Shown in pieces: positions 10,812-20,430 of a stretch of 64,000 nt of DNA. Source of the stretch: a virus (lineage: Duplodnaviria > Heunggongvirae > Uroviricota > Caudoviricetes); IMG/VR virus record IMGVR_UViG_3300032163_000007, positions 21,587 through 85,586 of that record; one strand, written 5' to 3'. The notes beneath the pieces were generated by a model that was not told the DNA's origin, did no database searches, and saw only the letters and a program-made list of their open reading frames with translations. Made by a program: the position numbers and the translations under genes. The first letter of the stretch is position 1, and every line of letters starts with the position of its first letter.

Positions 10812-11936
10812 ATGTCGAAAGAGTATTTAATAGCAAATGATCTAGGATATCTTCTAGATCTCATATGGAAGATCCCTCTGCTTACAAAGGCACAGGAAAG
10901 AGAGCTAACAGCTCTTGCAAAAGAAGTGAACAACCCGGATAAAGAAATTGCAAAGAAGGCCAAAGAGGCCAAGGATTTATTCGTTGTCAGTAACATGCGT
11001 CTAGTAATTAACATTGCCAGGCACTACTACCGTAAGGGCATAGAGTTAACGGATCTAGTACAAGAAGGAACATTTGGCTTAATAAGAGCTATAGAGAAGT
11101 TTGATCCCGATAGAGGCTTTAGGTTTAGTACGTACGCAACATACTGGATAGCTACGTTTATCTCGAAGGCTGCACAGAAGTCTACAGCACTATACATTCC
11201 TAATCACGCCAATCAAAAGCTTAACAGGTACTGCAAAATATCAAATGAGCTTATGGAGGCAGCCATAGACACTGACCTAGATAGATATACAATGATTAAA
11301 GAGCGTATGGCAGAGACTACCCTACAACTACCTATAGGAACTACTCTGAAGTCCTTCTTAAATAAATATCCTAATCGTTACCAGTACAACAAGACCTCCT
11401 GTATCTTAACGATAAAAGATGCAATGGAATCAGCAGATATTACTGATCTCCTAGACATGTTTCCTGATCGGTACGACGAGGCAAATCCCGACCAGCTACT
11501 AGAAAATCCTACAAGAGTTTTAATTGCAAAAGCAGTGCAGAGATCTCAGGGTGGAGACAGAGACTTTGAGCAGAGTGAGGAACTCTACAGAATAACACAG
11601 ACATTCTTTAGCTTAGAGGATAGTGTGGGTGAAAGCAACTTTACATTTGGCGATATTATCGTTGAAGAAGAATCCGCTGGAATGGAAGAAAAGACTCAGC
11701 TTCGAGAGGATGTAGAGATCGGAATGAAAGAAGCTCTTAATGACAAAGAGTTCTTTGTTCTGAAAGCTAGATATGGACTATTTGATAGTGACATTCTTGA
11801 GCTCGAAAAGATATCAGAAGTATTGGGAATCACAAAAGAGCGTATTCGTCAAATAGAGAGCACAGCAGCTAAGAAGCTTAGAGCATATTTTAAAGAGACG
11901 GAGTACGCATTACATTACGGAGGTAGGCATGTATAA
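10812..11936 (+). CDS. sigma-70 family RNA polymerase sigma factor, with a long insertion between regions 2 and 4
   Basis: Region 2 'RLVINIARHYYRKGIELTDLVQEGTFGLIRAIEKFDPDRGFRFSTYATYWI'; region 4.2 HTH 'ISEVLGITKERIRQIESTAAKKLR'. Confidence 0.8.
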   Translation: MSKEYLIANDLGYLLDLIWKIPLLTKAQERELTALAKEVNNPDKEIAKKAKEAKDLFVVSNMRLVINIARHYYRKGIELTDLVQEGTFGLIRAIEKFDPDRGFRFSTYATYWIATFISKAAQKSTALYIPNHANQKLNRYCKISNELMEAAIDTDLDRYTMIKERMAETTLQLPIGTTLKSFLNKYPNRYQYNKTSCILTIKDAMESADITDLLDMFPDRYDEANPDQLLENPTRVLIAKAVQRSQGGDRDFEQSEELYRITQTFFSLEDSVGESNFTFGDIIVEEESAGMEEKTQLREDVEIGMKEALNDKEFFVLKARYGLFDSDILELEKISEVLGITKERIRQIESTAAKKLRAYFKETEYALHYGGRHV

Positions 11937-12195
11937 ACCAAAACCAGCAACTTATGAGACCATCAAGGATTTTTCTACTAATCAGATAGTGTATGCCTGC
12001 TGTCAGCAAGCCCAGCACAAGGACCGAGTTACAGGGGTAATTTGGGATGTTGCTCTACAGAAGTCAGCTAAGGCTTATCCCAGAGAATCCAGCTATCAAG
12101 CGGCTAAGATTCTATTAAAGGAAAAAGGGCTAGATAGCGCGAAAAAGGTGGGTTTTTTGGTTGACTACTTCTGGCAAGTTACGAAGCATAATTAA
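11929..12195 (+). CDS. hypothetical protein
   Basis: Listed ORF; overlapping start. Confidence 0.35.
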   Translation: MYKPKPATYETIKDFSTNQIVYACCQQAQHKDRVTGVIWDVALQKSAKAYPRESSYQAAKILLKEKGLDSAKKVGFLVDYFWQVTKHN

Positions 12196-12210
12196 GCTAC
12201 GTCCTCTTAA

Positions 12211-12420
12211 ATGAAAGACATCGAACTCGAAGATACTGACCTAGAAAACTTATATATTGCTAGGTTTGATAAATTGGTAGAAAAGCATGTAGCCGTGAGG
12301 TTACTACAGGATCTAAAGAAAGAATTTCCTAGTGTATTTTTCATTGCTGCGTATGACGATACGAAGCTGAAGATTGCCCATGTTAAGAATGACAAAAAAA
12401 TAATAATTAGCGAGGTATAG
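12211..12420 (+). CDS. hypothetical protein
   Basis: Listed ORF. Confidence 0.3.
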   Translation: MKDIELEDTDLENLYIARFDKLVEKHVAVRLLQDLKKEFPSVFFIAAYDDTKLKIAHVKNDKKIIISEV

Positions 12421-12422
12421 TT

Positions 12423-12860
12423 TTGGGTATTAAGTGTGGCATAACCTGTCAAAATTGCTTTGAAAAGATCATATATGATATGGGGTCTAAAGAGCTTATT
12501 AAGTGCCCTAAATGCAAGGAAACCCAAAAAGAGAAGAAGAGGTTCAAGTGCTCAGTCTGTGATAGTGAGGATATGATTAGGGTTGATATAAATGGGGAGA
12601 TCCCCGAGATAATGTGTGAGTGTGGTGGGCTAATGACCACGGGGCATATAGAGGGAGCACCTGCGGTGCACTACAAGGGTAGTACAGGATTTCGTACCAG
12701 TGGTGGGTTAAATGGTGGCTGGGACTGGGGTAAACCGAAAGCAAATCCTCTTGATGGCCATAGAATGGGTAAAGAAGAGAAGAAGCATATTGAAGATCAG
12801 ACAACCAAGAAATATGTAAAACAAATAGAAGGAGCGAAAAAAGATGCAAGTACAAGCTAA
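12423..12860 (+). CDS. zinc-ribbon protein
   Basis: Four CxxC pairs (CQNC, CPKC, CSVC, CECG). Confidence 0.4.
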   Translation: MGIKCGITCQNCFEKIIYDMGSKELIKCPKCKETQKEKKRFKCSVCDSEDMIRVDINGEIPEIMCECGGLMTTGHIEGAPAVHYKGSTGFRTSGGLNGGWDWGKPKANPLDGHRMGKEEKKHIEDQTTKKYVKQIEGAKKDASTS

Positions 12861-13191
12861 TGATAATGAGACATCCACAGCAGTGGATATAGCGGATCTA
12901 CCAGGTTCAACAGCAACAAAACAACCAAAGTACACGCCACCACCACAGCAGCCAAATAGGGCTCAACGCAGGCTTAACACCAGGGGAGAGCGACATCGCC
13001 TAACAAAGAAAGTTCGTCACGTAAGAGGCAAGATGCTGTATGGCATGTTTGATATCACAAGCATTATGAAGCTGGGCATTTTTACACACCCAGGCACTGC
13101 CAGTCTAGCCATCAAAGCCGGCCTCAATGCCTCTAAGCTCATCGCTCTTCGTGCAGAACATGAAAAAGAGAAAGCGGAGGCAGTAGCATAA
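12844..13191 (+). CDS. hypothetical basic protein
   Basis: Listed ORF; Pro/Gln-rich and basic. Confidence 0.3.
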   Translation: MQVQANDNETSTAVDIADLPGSTATKQPKYTPPPQQPNRAQRRLNTRGERHRLTKKVRHVRGKMLYGMFDITSIMKLGIFTHPGTASLAIKAGLNASKLIALRAEHEKEKAEAVA

Positions 13192-13192
13192 C

Positions 13193-16100
13193 ATGATAAC
13201 AGAGAGAATCAAGTCTTTGGTAAGTACAAAAGGTATTAAGAAGGTAGTAAAGCGTAATGGTGAAACTGTTCCATTTAAGAAGGATAAAGTAGCAGAAGCC
13301 ATAAAGAAGGCAGCAGCATCTGTCAGTATTGATGATGTAGCAGCACTTAAGCTAGTCACTGAAGAGATCCTTGCAGAGATAAATAAATGGAATAGTAAAA
13401 CCATCCCAGCAGTAGAAGAGATTCAAGACTTAATAGAAAACACTTTAATTAAAAATAATCATGCGGAGATAGCTAAAGCATATATCCTTTACAGGGAGCA
13501 ACGTAGCAATATCCGAGACAAGGAAAAGCTGTTGCTAGACATCAGCAAGACTATGGATGGATACCTGGACCAGAGCGATTGGCGTGTTAACGAGAACAGC
13601 AACATCAATTATTCTCTGGGTGGGTTGATCCTACACAATGCAGGTACAATCACAGCCAATTATTGGCTCAATAATGTTTATCCCAAAGATGTAGCAGATG
13701 CCCATCGTAATGGTGACTATCACATCCATGACATGTCCGTGTTCGGTCCTTATTGTGCCGGCTGGTCGCTCAGACAACTCCTAGAAGAGGGTTTCGGTGG
13801 TGTATTGAACAAGATCACATCTAAACCAGCAAAACACCTTTCTACGCTTGTTTCACAAATGGTTAACTTCTTGGGTACACTTCAGAATGAATGGGCTGGT
13901 GCTCAGGCGTTCTCAAGCTTCGACACCTACTTGGCTCCTTTTGTCAGAGTAGATAATCTCACATACAAAGACGTTAAGCAACAAATTCAGAGCTTTATTT
14001 TTGGAATCAATACTCCGTCACGCTGGGGCAGCCAAGCCCCCTTTACCAACATCACGTTGGATTGGGTGGTACCTACGGACTTAAAAGACTACCCAGTAAT
14101 CATTGGTGGTAAGTCGCAAGACACTACGTACGGTGATTATCAGGTAGAGATGGATATTGTTAACAAGGCTTTCCTAGAGGTCATGCTTGAGGGTGATGCT
14201 GAAGGCAGAGGTTTTGCGTACCCAATTCCAACGTATAACATTACGAAGGACTTTAATTGGGATCATCCTAACTCTGACCTGCTATTTGGTATGGCAGCTA
14301 AGTATGGTACTCCCTATTTCCAGAACTTTATCAATAGCACACTGAACCCAGTAGATGTGCGTTCAATGTGCCCTCTAGCGGCTACGGAAAAGGTACTTAT
14401 TAAGTCTTCCCGGGGTAGAGGCTTGGAGTATGTGTCCATAGGCAACATTGTGAACGCCCAAGTTTTTGACCCTAATAGAGTTTATGAAGTCTACTCCGAT
14501 GGTAAGTTTGTGGAGGGTAGATTCCAGAGGTATGACGACCAGCAAATGCTGAGGGTTACTTTAGAAAACAACCACCAAATCACCATGAGTAAGAGTCACT
14601 TAAACTTTGTTAGGCTGTTTAAGGGGGAGGAAATAGTACTTGAGGGGGCGCATCTGAAGGACTCCATGTATCTTCCCTATAGTTTGAACTCCCTTAAGGG
14701 AGAGGGTGGAGACTTTGCTCTAGGACTTCTCGTAGGAGCTTTCGCCGGAGATGGGTCTCTCTGTGAAAGAGAGGGTGGATGGAGTATAAATCTATCCCTT
14801 AACAAAAATCAGAAAACTACTTTAGCACTAGAGTTAGAGAATATCTGCAAGAACGTCTTCGGCGCCTTAGTCAGTTACACAGAGTCCGAGACCTCGGAGC
14901 TACTATCCATGAGAGTTAATTCCCAAGCAGTAGTAGGATTAGTAAGTGACTTTGTGGACAGCAAGGGCTTAGATAAGTCCTACAAGGCTCGCGTCTTTGG
15001 AATGAGTGAGGGGTTCCGTAGGGGAGTGCTAGATGGGCACACTAGAACTGATGGTAACTTCGACAGGGAGACCCGACGCATTTACTCATCGTCCCCAAAA
15101 ATGGTAGAGTGCCTAAATATGTTAGCATCCTCTTTGGGCACAGTGACCTCCGTGTACGAGCACGAGTTAAATAGGGAGTCGGGAGCTCTGAGTAATAATT
15201 CAAACTATTGTGTAACCTTCCCGGAGTACAAGAGGGATAGCTATGGGAATCGTTGGTTTAAGGCTGATAACAAGCTGTGGATGAAGATTAAGTATGTGGA
15301 GGAAGTTCAAGGAAATGTAGGGTACTGTCTCGAGGTACTTGATGACGAACCTATGTTTACAGTAGGCACTACAGGCATACTCACGCATAATTGTCGCCTT
15401 CAGCTGGACAAACGTGAACTACGTAATCGTGGTGGTGGTCTGTTTGGTGCTGATGAGATGACAGGCAGTATTGGTGTAGTCACTATTAACTTGGCTCGTA
15501 TTGGGTACCTGGCTAAGACCAGAAAAGAGTTCCTTTCTAGGTTAGATCACCTAATCGACTTGGCTAGTGAGTCTCTAACAATTAAGCGTAAAGTCTGTAA
15601 CCAGCTTATGGAGGGCGGTTTATACCCCTATACAAAGCGTTACTTGGGTAGCTTTAAGAACCACTTTAACACAATTGGAATCAACGGTATGAACGAAGCC
15701 CTTCTCAATTTTATGGAGAAGGACATCTCTGATCCCAAGGCCAAACAGTTTGCTAAGGATATTCTTAATCATATGAGAACTCGTATGCAAGATCTCCAAG
15801 AAGAGACAGGAGACCTCTATAACTTAGAAGCTACTCCAGCCGAGTCTACTTCTTACAGGCTAGCAAAGATCGACAAAGACAAATATCCAAATATCATATG
15901 TTCTGGTACATGCGACCCATACTATACAAATAGTACGCAGCTACCAGTTGGGCACACCCCAGATATATTTGAGGCGTTAGATCATCAAGATGACCTACAG
16001 ACTCTTTATACTGGTGGTACGGTTCTGCATGGCTTTTTAGGAGAGAGACTGCAGGGCTCGGAAGCGTGTAAGAAGTTAGTGAAGAAAATTCTTTACAACT

Positions 16101-16261
16101 ATCACATTCCGTATCTTACTATATCTCCAACCTTCTCTATCTGTCCTACTCACGGATACTTAGCAGGTGAGCACTTCTTTTGCCCGAAGTGTGAGCAAGA
16201 AGAACGAGTATTGTTGCAAGGCCAGATTAGCAACCTAGAAACAGAACTGGAAAAAATGTAG
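13193..16261 (+). CDS. nrdD: anaerobic ribonucleoside-triphosphate reductase NrdD (class III) with an N-terminal ATP-cone and an in-frame intein; C-terminal zinc site; the glycyl-radical domain is absent from this ORF
   Basis: ATP-cone 'VKRNGETVPFKKDKVAEAIKKA'; NrdD-like core; C-terminal 'CPTHG...CPKCE'; an intein interrupts it (see mobile_element); no RVxGY motif in this ORF. Confidence 0.8.
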   Translation: MITERIKSLVSTKGIKKVVKRNGETVPFKKDKVAEAIKKAAASVSIDDVAALKLVTEEILAEINKWNSKTIPAVEEIQDLIENTLIKNNHAEIAKAYILYREQRSNIRDKEKLLLDISKTMDGYLDQSDWRVNENSNINYSLGGLILHNAGTITANYWLNNVYPKDVADAHRNGDYHIHDMSVFGPYCAGWSLRQLLEEGFGGVLNKITSKPAKHLSTLVSQMVNFLGTLQNEWAGAQAFSSFDTYLAPFVRVDNLTYKDVKQQIQSFIFGINTPSRWGSQAPFTNITLDWVVPTDLKDYPVIIGGKSQDTTYGDYQVEMDIVNKAFLEVMLEGDAEGRGFAYPIPTYNITKDFNWDHPNSDLLFGMAAKYGTPYFQNFINSTLNPVDVRSMCPLAATEKVLIKSSRGRGLEYVSIGNIVNAQVFDPNRVYEVYSDGKFVEGRFQRYDDQQMLRVTLENNHQITMSKSHLNFVRLFKGEEIVLEGAHLKDSMYLPYSLNSLKGEGGDFALGLLVGAFAGDGSLCEREGGWSINLSLNKNQKTTLALELENICKNVFGALVSYTESETSELLSMRVNSQAVVGLVSDFVDSKGLDKSYKARVFGMSEGFRRGVLDGHTRTDGNFDRETRRIYSSSPKMVECLNMLASSLGTVTSVYEHELNRESGALSNNSNYCVTFPEYKRDSYGNRWFKADNKLWMKIKYVEEVQGNVGYCLEVLDDEPMFTVGTTGILTHNCRLQLDKRELRNRGGGLFGADEMTGSIGVVTINLARIGYLAKTRKEFLSRLDHLIDLASESLTIKRKVCNQLMEGGLYPYTKRYLGSFKNHFNTIGINGMNEALLNFMEKDISDPKAKQFAKDILNHMRTRMQDLQEETGDLYNLEATPAESTSYRLAKIDKDKYPNIICSGTCDPYYTNSTQLPVGHTPDIFEALDHQDDLQTLYTGGTVLHGFLGERLQGSEACKKLVKKILYNYHIPYLTISPTFSICPTHGYLAGEHFFCPKCEQEERVLLQGQISNLETELEKM
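14369..15391 (+). mobile_element. intein (341 aa) with a LAGLIDADG homing-endonuclease domain inside NrdD
   Basis: Starts with Cys after '...VRSM'; ends '...GILTHN' followed by the extein Cys ('CRLQLD'); LAGLIDADG motifs 'LLVGAFAGDGS' and 'VLDGHTRTDGNF'. Confidence 0.75.
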
Positions 16262-16271
16262 GAGGAAAAAA

Positions 16272-16466
16272 ATGGGAAAGACAAAAGAACAGTTATTAGA
16301 AGAGATTAAAGTAATGAAAGATAAGCTAGCTAGTGTAAAAGGTAAGCCGGCAGAAGTTTACACACGGATTGTAGGATACTACAGAGCAGTTCAGAACTGG
16401 AATCTTGGTAAAAAGTCAGAGTATGCTGACAGAGTAGAATTCGCAGAGAAGCCCGAAGCGGCCTAA
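16272..16466 (+). CDS. NrdD C-terminal glycyl-radical domain encoded as a separate 64-aa ORF
   Basis: 'TRIVGYYRAVQNWNLGKKSEYADRV' matches the NrdD glycyl-radical motif (RVxGY...WNxGKxxE...R); own RBS GGAGG 6 nt upstream; different frame from nrdD, whose stop is 10 nt upstream. Confidence 0.7.
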   Translation: MGKTKEQLLEEIKVMKDKLASVKGKPAEVYTRIVGYYRAVQNWNLGKKSEYADRVEFAEKPEAA

Positions 16467-16501
16467 AACAGATCCTATGTACCCACGGTACAAAAGGTAA
16501 A

Positions 16502-16523
16502 GGGGCCGCCGTACGGCGGCCCC
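16502..16523 (+). other. GC-rich stem-loop GGGGCCGCC-gtac-GGCGGCCCC, no T-run
   Basis: Perfect 9-bp inverted repeat between the nrdD module and the next gene. Confidence 0.4.
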
Positions 16524-16543
16524 AGACACAATAAGGAGTAGAT

Positions 16544-17950
16544 ATGTACACACTGAGAGACATGGATTATGATGATTCTGAGGGAGAGGTTGGCGTTAAT
16601 GAGGAGTTCGAGACAGCAGCAGAGGCAGTAGAATGGATCGCGGATAACTTCGAACCAGAGGATGTCCCTGTGTTACGTAGCCTAAGATTTACCATCCCCG
16701 TAGAGAATAGAAGACTCAGGCCCTCCAGAGGTGTTAATATAGAGAAGCAATACTGCAAGTATGTTAAAGGTTTTCGACTAGAGTCCGACTACGAGCAGCC
16801 CGTATCGGAGAGCTACGCGGAAGAGGAATATATTCCCGTAGAACCTGAACCCGAGCCTGAAATAGGCGAGCTAACCAAAGAGGAGCTTCTTAAAGAGAAT
16901 CAGAGGCTAAAGAAGTCTAACCAGCTACTCATGGATAAGAATAGGCTTAATAACAAGGACTACCGAGGGACAACTAGGCAAGAAAACGCTCTAGAAGCTT
17001 ATACCAAGGCTATTTCTGTGGCGCTTCAGGGAGCATCCCTAGGTAGGTTCACAATAAAGCATAATACAATTGACGGAGACGCTCCTGTGGGTATCGTGCA
17101 ATTATCTGACATACACTTTAACGAACTAATCAATCTCAAACACAACAAGTATGACTTCTATGTAGCAGCGAAGCGTCTAGCTAAGTTAGCAATGCACGCC
17201 AAAACTCATTTCAAGGCTTGGGGAGTCAAAAGGATTTTAGTAGCATGTACAGGTGACCTTATTAACAATGATAACATTCCTGATAAGTTACTTAATGCTG
17301 CTACAAACAGAGCTAGAGCGAGTGTGCTCGCCACCTACGTATTGCAGCAGTTTATTATAGATCTCAACCAAGACTTTGACGTGAATGTCACAGGGGTAAG
17401 TGGTAATGAATCTCGTATCAAAGATGAGATTGGCTTCAGTGATGCCATCGCAACAGATAACTATGACAGCATGATTCTACAAATGCTTCACCTATTATTC
17501 AAAGACACAGATGTAAATGTATTCTTCTGCGGGCATAATGAGGGCTTTGTAGACGTAAATGGTAAAACGATAATGCTTATGCATGGTCACGTGCTCAAGG
17601 GTACGGACATTGAAAAATATGTGCAGCAGATTCGAGGCAGGCATTCAAGCAGAGGCCTTAACGTAGACTATGTCTTAATGGGGCATATGCATAGTGCTCG
17701 AATCGGGGATCAGTATGCTAGATCATCTTCATTATGTGGAGCTAATGATTATAGCGAGGATTCTCTGAACTTAAGTAGTAGAGCCAGCCAGAATATCTTC
17801 TTAGTAGATGAATCTGCAGTGCATGGTATTAGAGTAGACCTACAAGACACAACTGGGATCAGGGGCTACGATATAATTAAAGAGCACGAGATGTACAACG
17901 CTAAGTCCCACGATAAGTCTGTTAGATACGACAACATCTACAAGATTTAA
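16544..17950 (+). CDS. calcineurin-like metallophosphoesterase
   Basis: Motifs SDIHF, GDLIN, GNES, MHGH, GHMH; acidic N-terminus followed by a coiled coil. Confidence 0.55.
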   Translation: MYTLRDMDYDDSEGEVGVNEEFETAAEAVEWIADNFEPEDVPVLRSLRFTIPVENRRLRPSRGVNIEKQYCKYVKGFRLESDYEQPVSESYAEEEYIPVEPEPEPEIGELTKEELLKENQRLKKSNQLLMDKNRLNNKDYRGTTRQENALEAYTKAISVALQGASLGRFTIKHNTIDGDAPVGIVQLSDIHFNELINLKHNKYDFYVAAKRLAKLAMHAKTHFKAWGVKRILVACTGDLINNDNIPDKLLNAATNRARASVLATYVLQQFIIDLNQDFDVNVTGVSGNESRIKDEIGFSDAIATDNYDSMILQMLHLLFKDTDVNVFFCGHNEGFVDVNGKTIMLMHGHVLKGTDIEKYVQQIRGRHSSRGLNVDYVLMGHMHSARIGDQYARSSSLCGANDYSEDSLNLSSRASQNIFLVDESAVHGIRVDLQDTTGIRGYDIIKEHEMYNAKSHDKSVRYDNIYKI

Positions 17951-17971
17951 GCCATAATTAAGGATAGAGAC

Positions 17972-19678
17972 ATGGAAAACACCAAACAACTCATTGACCG
18001 TAATCTTAGAGAAGCTAACAAAGCAGTGGAGGATTCAAAAAGAGCTATGAATTTACTAAAGAGTTCCGACTCAAATGACAATTTCGGTAACAATACCATT
18101 GGTATTAACCAACAGGTAAAGACGGTAGATGAGCAAGCTCAATTAGGAACGGAACTAGTACAGGTTCACGTTGATCCTACAACTAAGACATTTCCATTTG
18201 GTGCATTTATTGATCCCTATATTACAGTTGATGCTGGTGGGTATGTAAAGAAGCAATCCCTACTCGACTTTAAGACACTGAGAAAAATTGCTAAAAAAGT
18301 AGAGCCCATATCTGCAATTATTAAATTGAGAAGCAACCAAGTTGGAGCCTTCTCCCACGTAAGTCATGACACAGATGGTGTAGGCTTTAAGATCATGTTA
18401 AGGAATCAGACCAAGCATCCTACACCACAAGAATTAGTTGAGATGCACGCAATTGAGGAGTTCTTACTCAACACAGGCTTCTCACACAACCCGAATAGAC
18501 AGGATAACTTCGAAGCATTCCAACGTAAAATTGTTAGAGACAGATTAACTCTTGATGCTATATCAGTGCAGCTAGTTGCTAATAAAAAAGGTGAACTAAC
18601 TGAATTCTGGGCTATGGACGCAGGTACAATCTTCTATGCAGTAGAACACTACAATGCAAGAAGAACCGGCACCTACCAGCCTATCCGATACATTCAAGAA
18701 CGTGACGGCCAAATTGTTGGTGAGTTCACGGGACTTGAGATGGCTTATGGAGTTGCTAATCCCACTACAGATCTAGAAAATCAGGGATATGGCGAAAGCG
18801 AAGTGGAACTCCTAATCGAAACTGTCACAGCTTACCTTTTTGCGAGAGACTACAATAAGTACTTTTTCTCAAAGAATAGTGTACCAGCAGGTATCATTAC
18901 CCTGGTAGGTAAGTATGGCGAACAAGAATTACAAGACTTTAAACGCCAATGGGTAGCACAGGTGCAAGGCACAAATAATGCATGGCGTGTTCCTATCGTA
19001 ACTGCTGAAGAGGGCAAGGGTGCCACATTCACTCCTTTTAAGACATCGCACAAGGATGCCGAGTACATGAACTACTTGGAGTTCCTAATTAAGATTACTG
19101 CAGCTGTTTATCAGACGTCACCAGAGGAAATCAACTTTGCGATGGGGTCTGGAGTTCAATCCTCTCCTATGGTAGCTAAAGAGGGTGGTCAAGCCATCCT
19201 CGCTTCCAAAGATAGGGGCTTAGTTCCACTGTTGAGGTTCCTAGAGAACTTCTACAATAAACACTTGGTACAGAGGCTAAATCCTAAATATAAGTTTATG
19301 TTTACAGGGACGCAGCCTGAGGATAGACAAGCTAAGGCCGATTTAAAGAATAAAAGAAGCTTCTATCTGACGATTAATGAATTGCGAGCAGAAGATGACC
19401 TCAAACCTATTAAACTCAAAGACGTCGAAGATCCGATGGACCTACCCAACAATCCCGCCCTTTTGCAGGCTTGGCAGGCTATGCAAATGCAGAAGCAGCA
19501 AGAAGAGATGCAAGCTCAGCAGCAGGCCACAGGTGATGGTGAGGCGGCACTTGCGGAGGACGAAGGGGAGCCAGGCAGTACTACTGGCGGGGAAGGAGCG
19601 GAAGCAGATGCTCCTGAAGTTATTGGAGAGGGCGCCCCTCTAGCCAAAAGCTTTATGGTTGAGACTTCCTTAGACTAA
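17972..19678 (+). CDS. hypothetical protein with an acidic C-terminal tail (a portal protein is possible, but unverified)
   Basis: 568 aa; Gln/Glu-rich acidic C-terminus; no diagnostic motif recognised. Confidence 0.3.
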   Translation: MENTKQLIDRNLREANKAVEDSKRAMNLLKSSDSNDNFGNNTIGINQQVKTVDEQAQLGTELVQVHVDPTTKTFPFGAFIDPYITVDAGGYVKKQSLLDFKTLRKIAKKVEPISAIIKLRSNQVGAFSHVSHDTDGVGFKIMLRNQTKHPTPQELVEMHAIEEFLLNTGFSHNPNRQDNFEAFQRKIVRDRLTLDAISVQLVANKKGELTEFWAMDAGTIFYAVEHYNARRTGTYQPIRYIQERDGQIVGEFTGLEMAYGVANPTTDLENQGYGESEVELLIETVTAYLFARDYNKYFFSKNSVPAGIITLVGKYGEQELQDFKRQWVAQVQGTNNAWRVPIVTAEEGKGATFTPFKTSHKDAEYMNYLEFLIKITAAVYQTSPEEINFAMGSGVQSSPMVAKEGGQAILASKDRGLVPLLRFLENFYNKHLVQRLNPKYKFMFTGTQPEDRQAKADLKNKRSFYLTINELRAEDDLKPIKLKDVEDPMDLPNNPALLQAWQAMQMQKQQEEMQAQQQATGDGEAALAEDEGEPGSTTGGEGAEADAPEVIGEGAPLAKSFMVETSLD

Positions 19679-20430
19679 TGCTAGATATATTCGGAATAAA
19701 CAAACTCGCTGACCTGTTAAAAGCAAGGTCATCACAAAGAACTCTAATCAGCAAGACTGACTTAGGTAATAGAACTCTGTACCTTTATAGGCAGCCAGAT
19801 GGCACTATGAAAGAGGTATATCACAAGAAGAGTTTAAACCCTCGTAAAGACACTGCTAAAGCTCCTATTCAAGCTCCTGGCATGAAGGGTGAGAGTGCAG
19901 ACGATGAACCTCCTAAGCCCCGACGCAAAAGAAAGCCAGAGCCTGAGAAGGAACAGAAGTACGCAACGTATCAAGAGCAGGGACCTGGACGCAGACACAA
20001 GTACTTTGTACCTTCGTCAGAAGAGTATGAACTCGTAGATGAGCAGGACTCAAGATCAGGTATCTCATTGAAGTGGAAGATACTGAAGCACAAGAAGAAG
20101 GGCACAGAGCTCCACCTCATGGAGGGAGACAAGTTCCATCTATCCTTATATGACTTTCAAAGCACTCCTTCAAAAGATAAAATAGCCTTCGCTGTAAATG
20201 TTCAGAACATAAAGATCGATAATGCGGTCTATAGAAAAGGCGTGCATCTTCCCGTGAAGGATTTTACTAGAGATCCTCTAAAGTTTCTTCTCCAGGTATC
20301 ATTCTTAAAAGATGAACAGATCCAACAGAAGACGGCTCACTGGGTTTCTACTAATAGCAACACAGACCTTAAGAGCGTTGTACATGGGATTGAATATGGA
20401 TTGGAATCTACGTATTTTCTAGAGTCATGA
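19678..20430 (+). CDS. hypothetical protein with a basic Lys/Arg/Pro-rich segment
   Basis: Listed ORF; 'PRRKRKPEPEKEQK'. Confidence 0.35.
   Translation: MLDIFGINKLADLLKARSSQRTLISKTDLGNRTLYLYRQPDGTMKEVYHKKSLNPRKDTAKAPIQAPGMKGESADDEPPKPRRKRKPEPEKEQKYATYQEQGPGRRHKYFVPSSEEYELVDEQDSRSGISLKWKILKHKKKGTELHLMEGDKFHLSLYDFQSTPSKDKIAFAVNVQNIKIDNAVYRKGVHLPVKDFTRDPLKFLLQVSFLKDEQIQQKTAHWVSTNSNTDLKSVVHGIEYGLESTYFLES

Noticed and set aside
16250-16275. Group I intron or programmed frameshift joining nrdD to its glycyl-radical ORF
   Set aside because: Only 10 nt separate the ORFs, which leaves no room for an intron. The downstream ORF has its own SD and ATG, and no slippery heptamer is present. I prefer a genuinely split gene, or a sequencing indel (flagged in findings).
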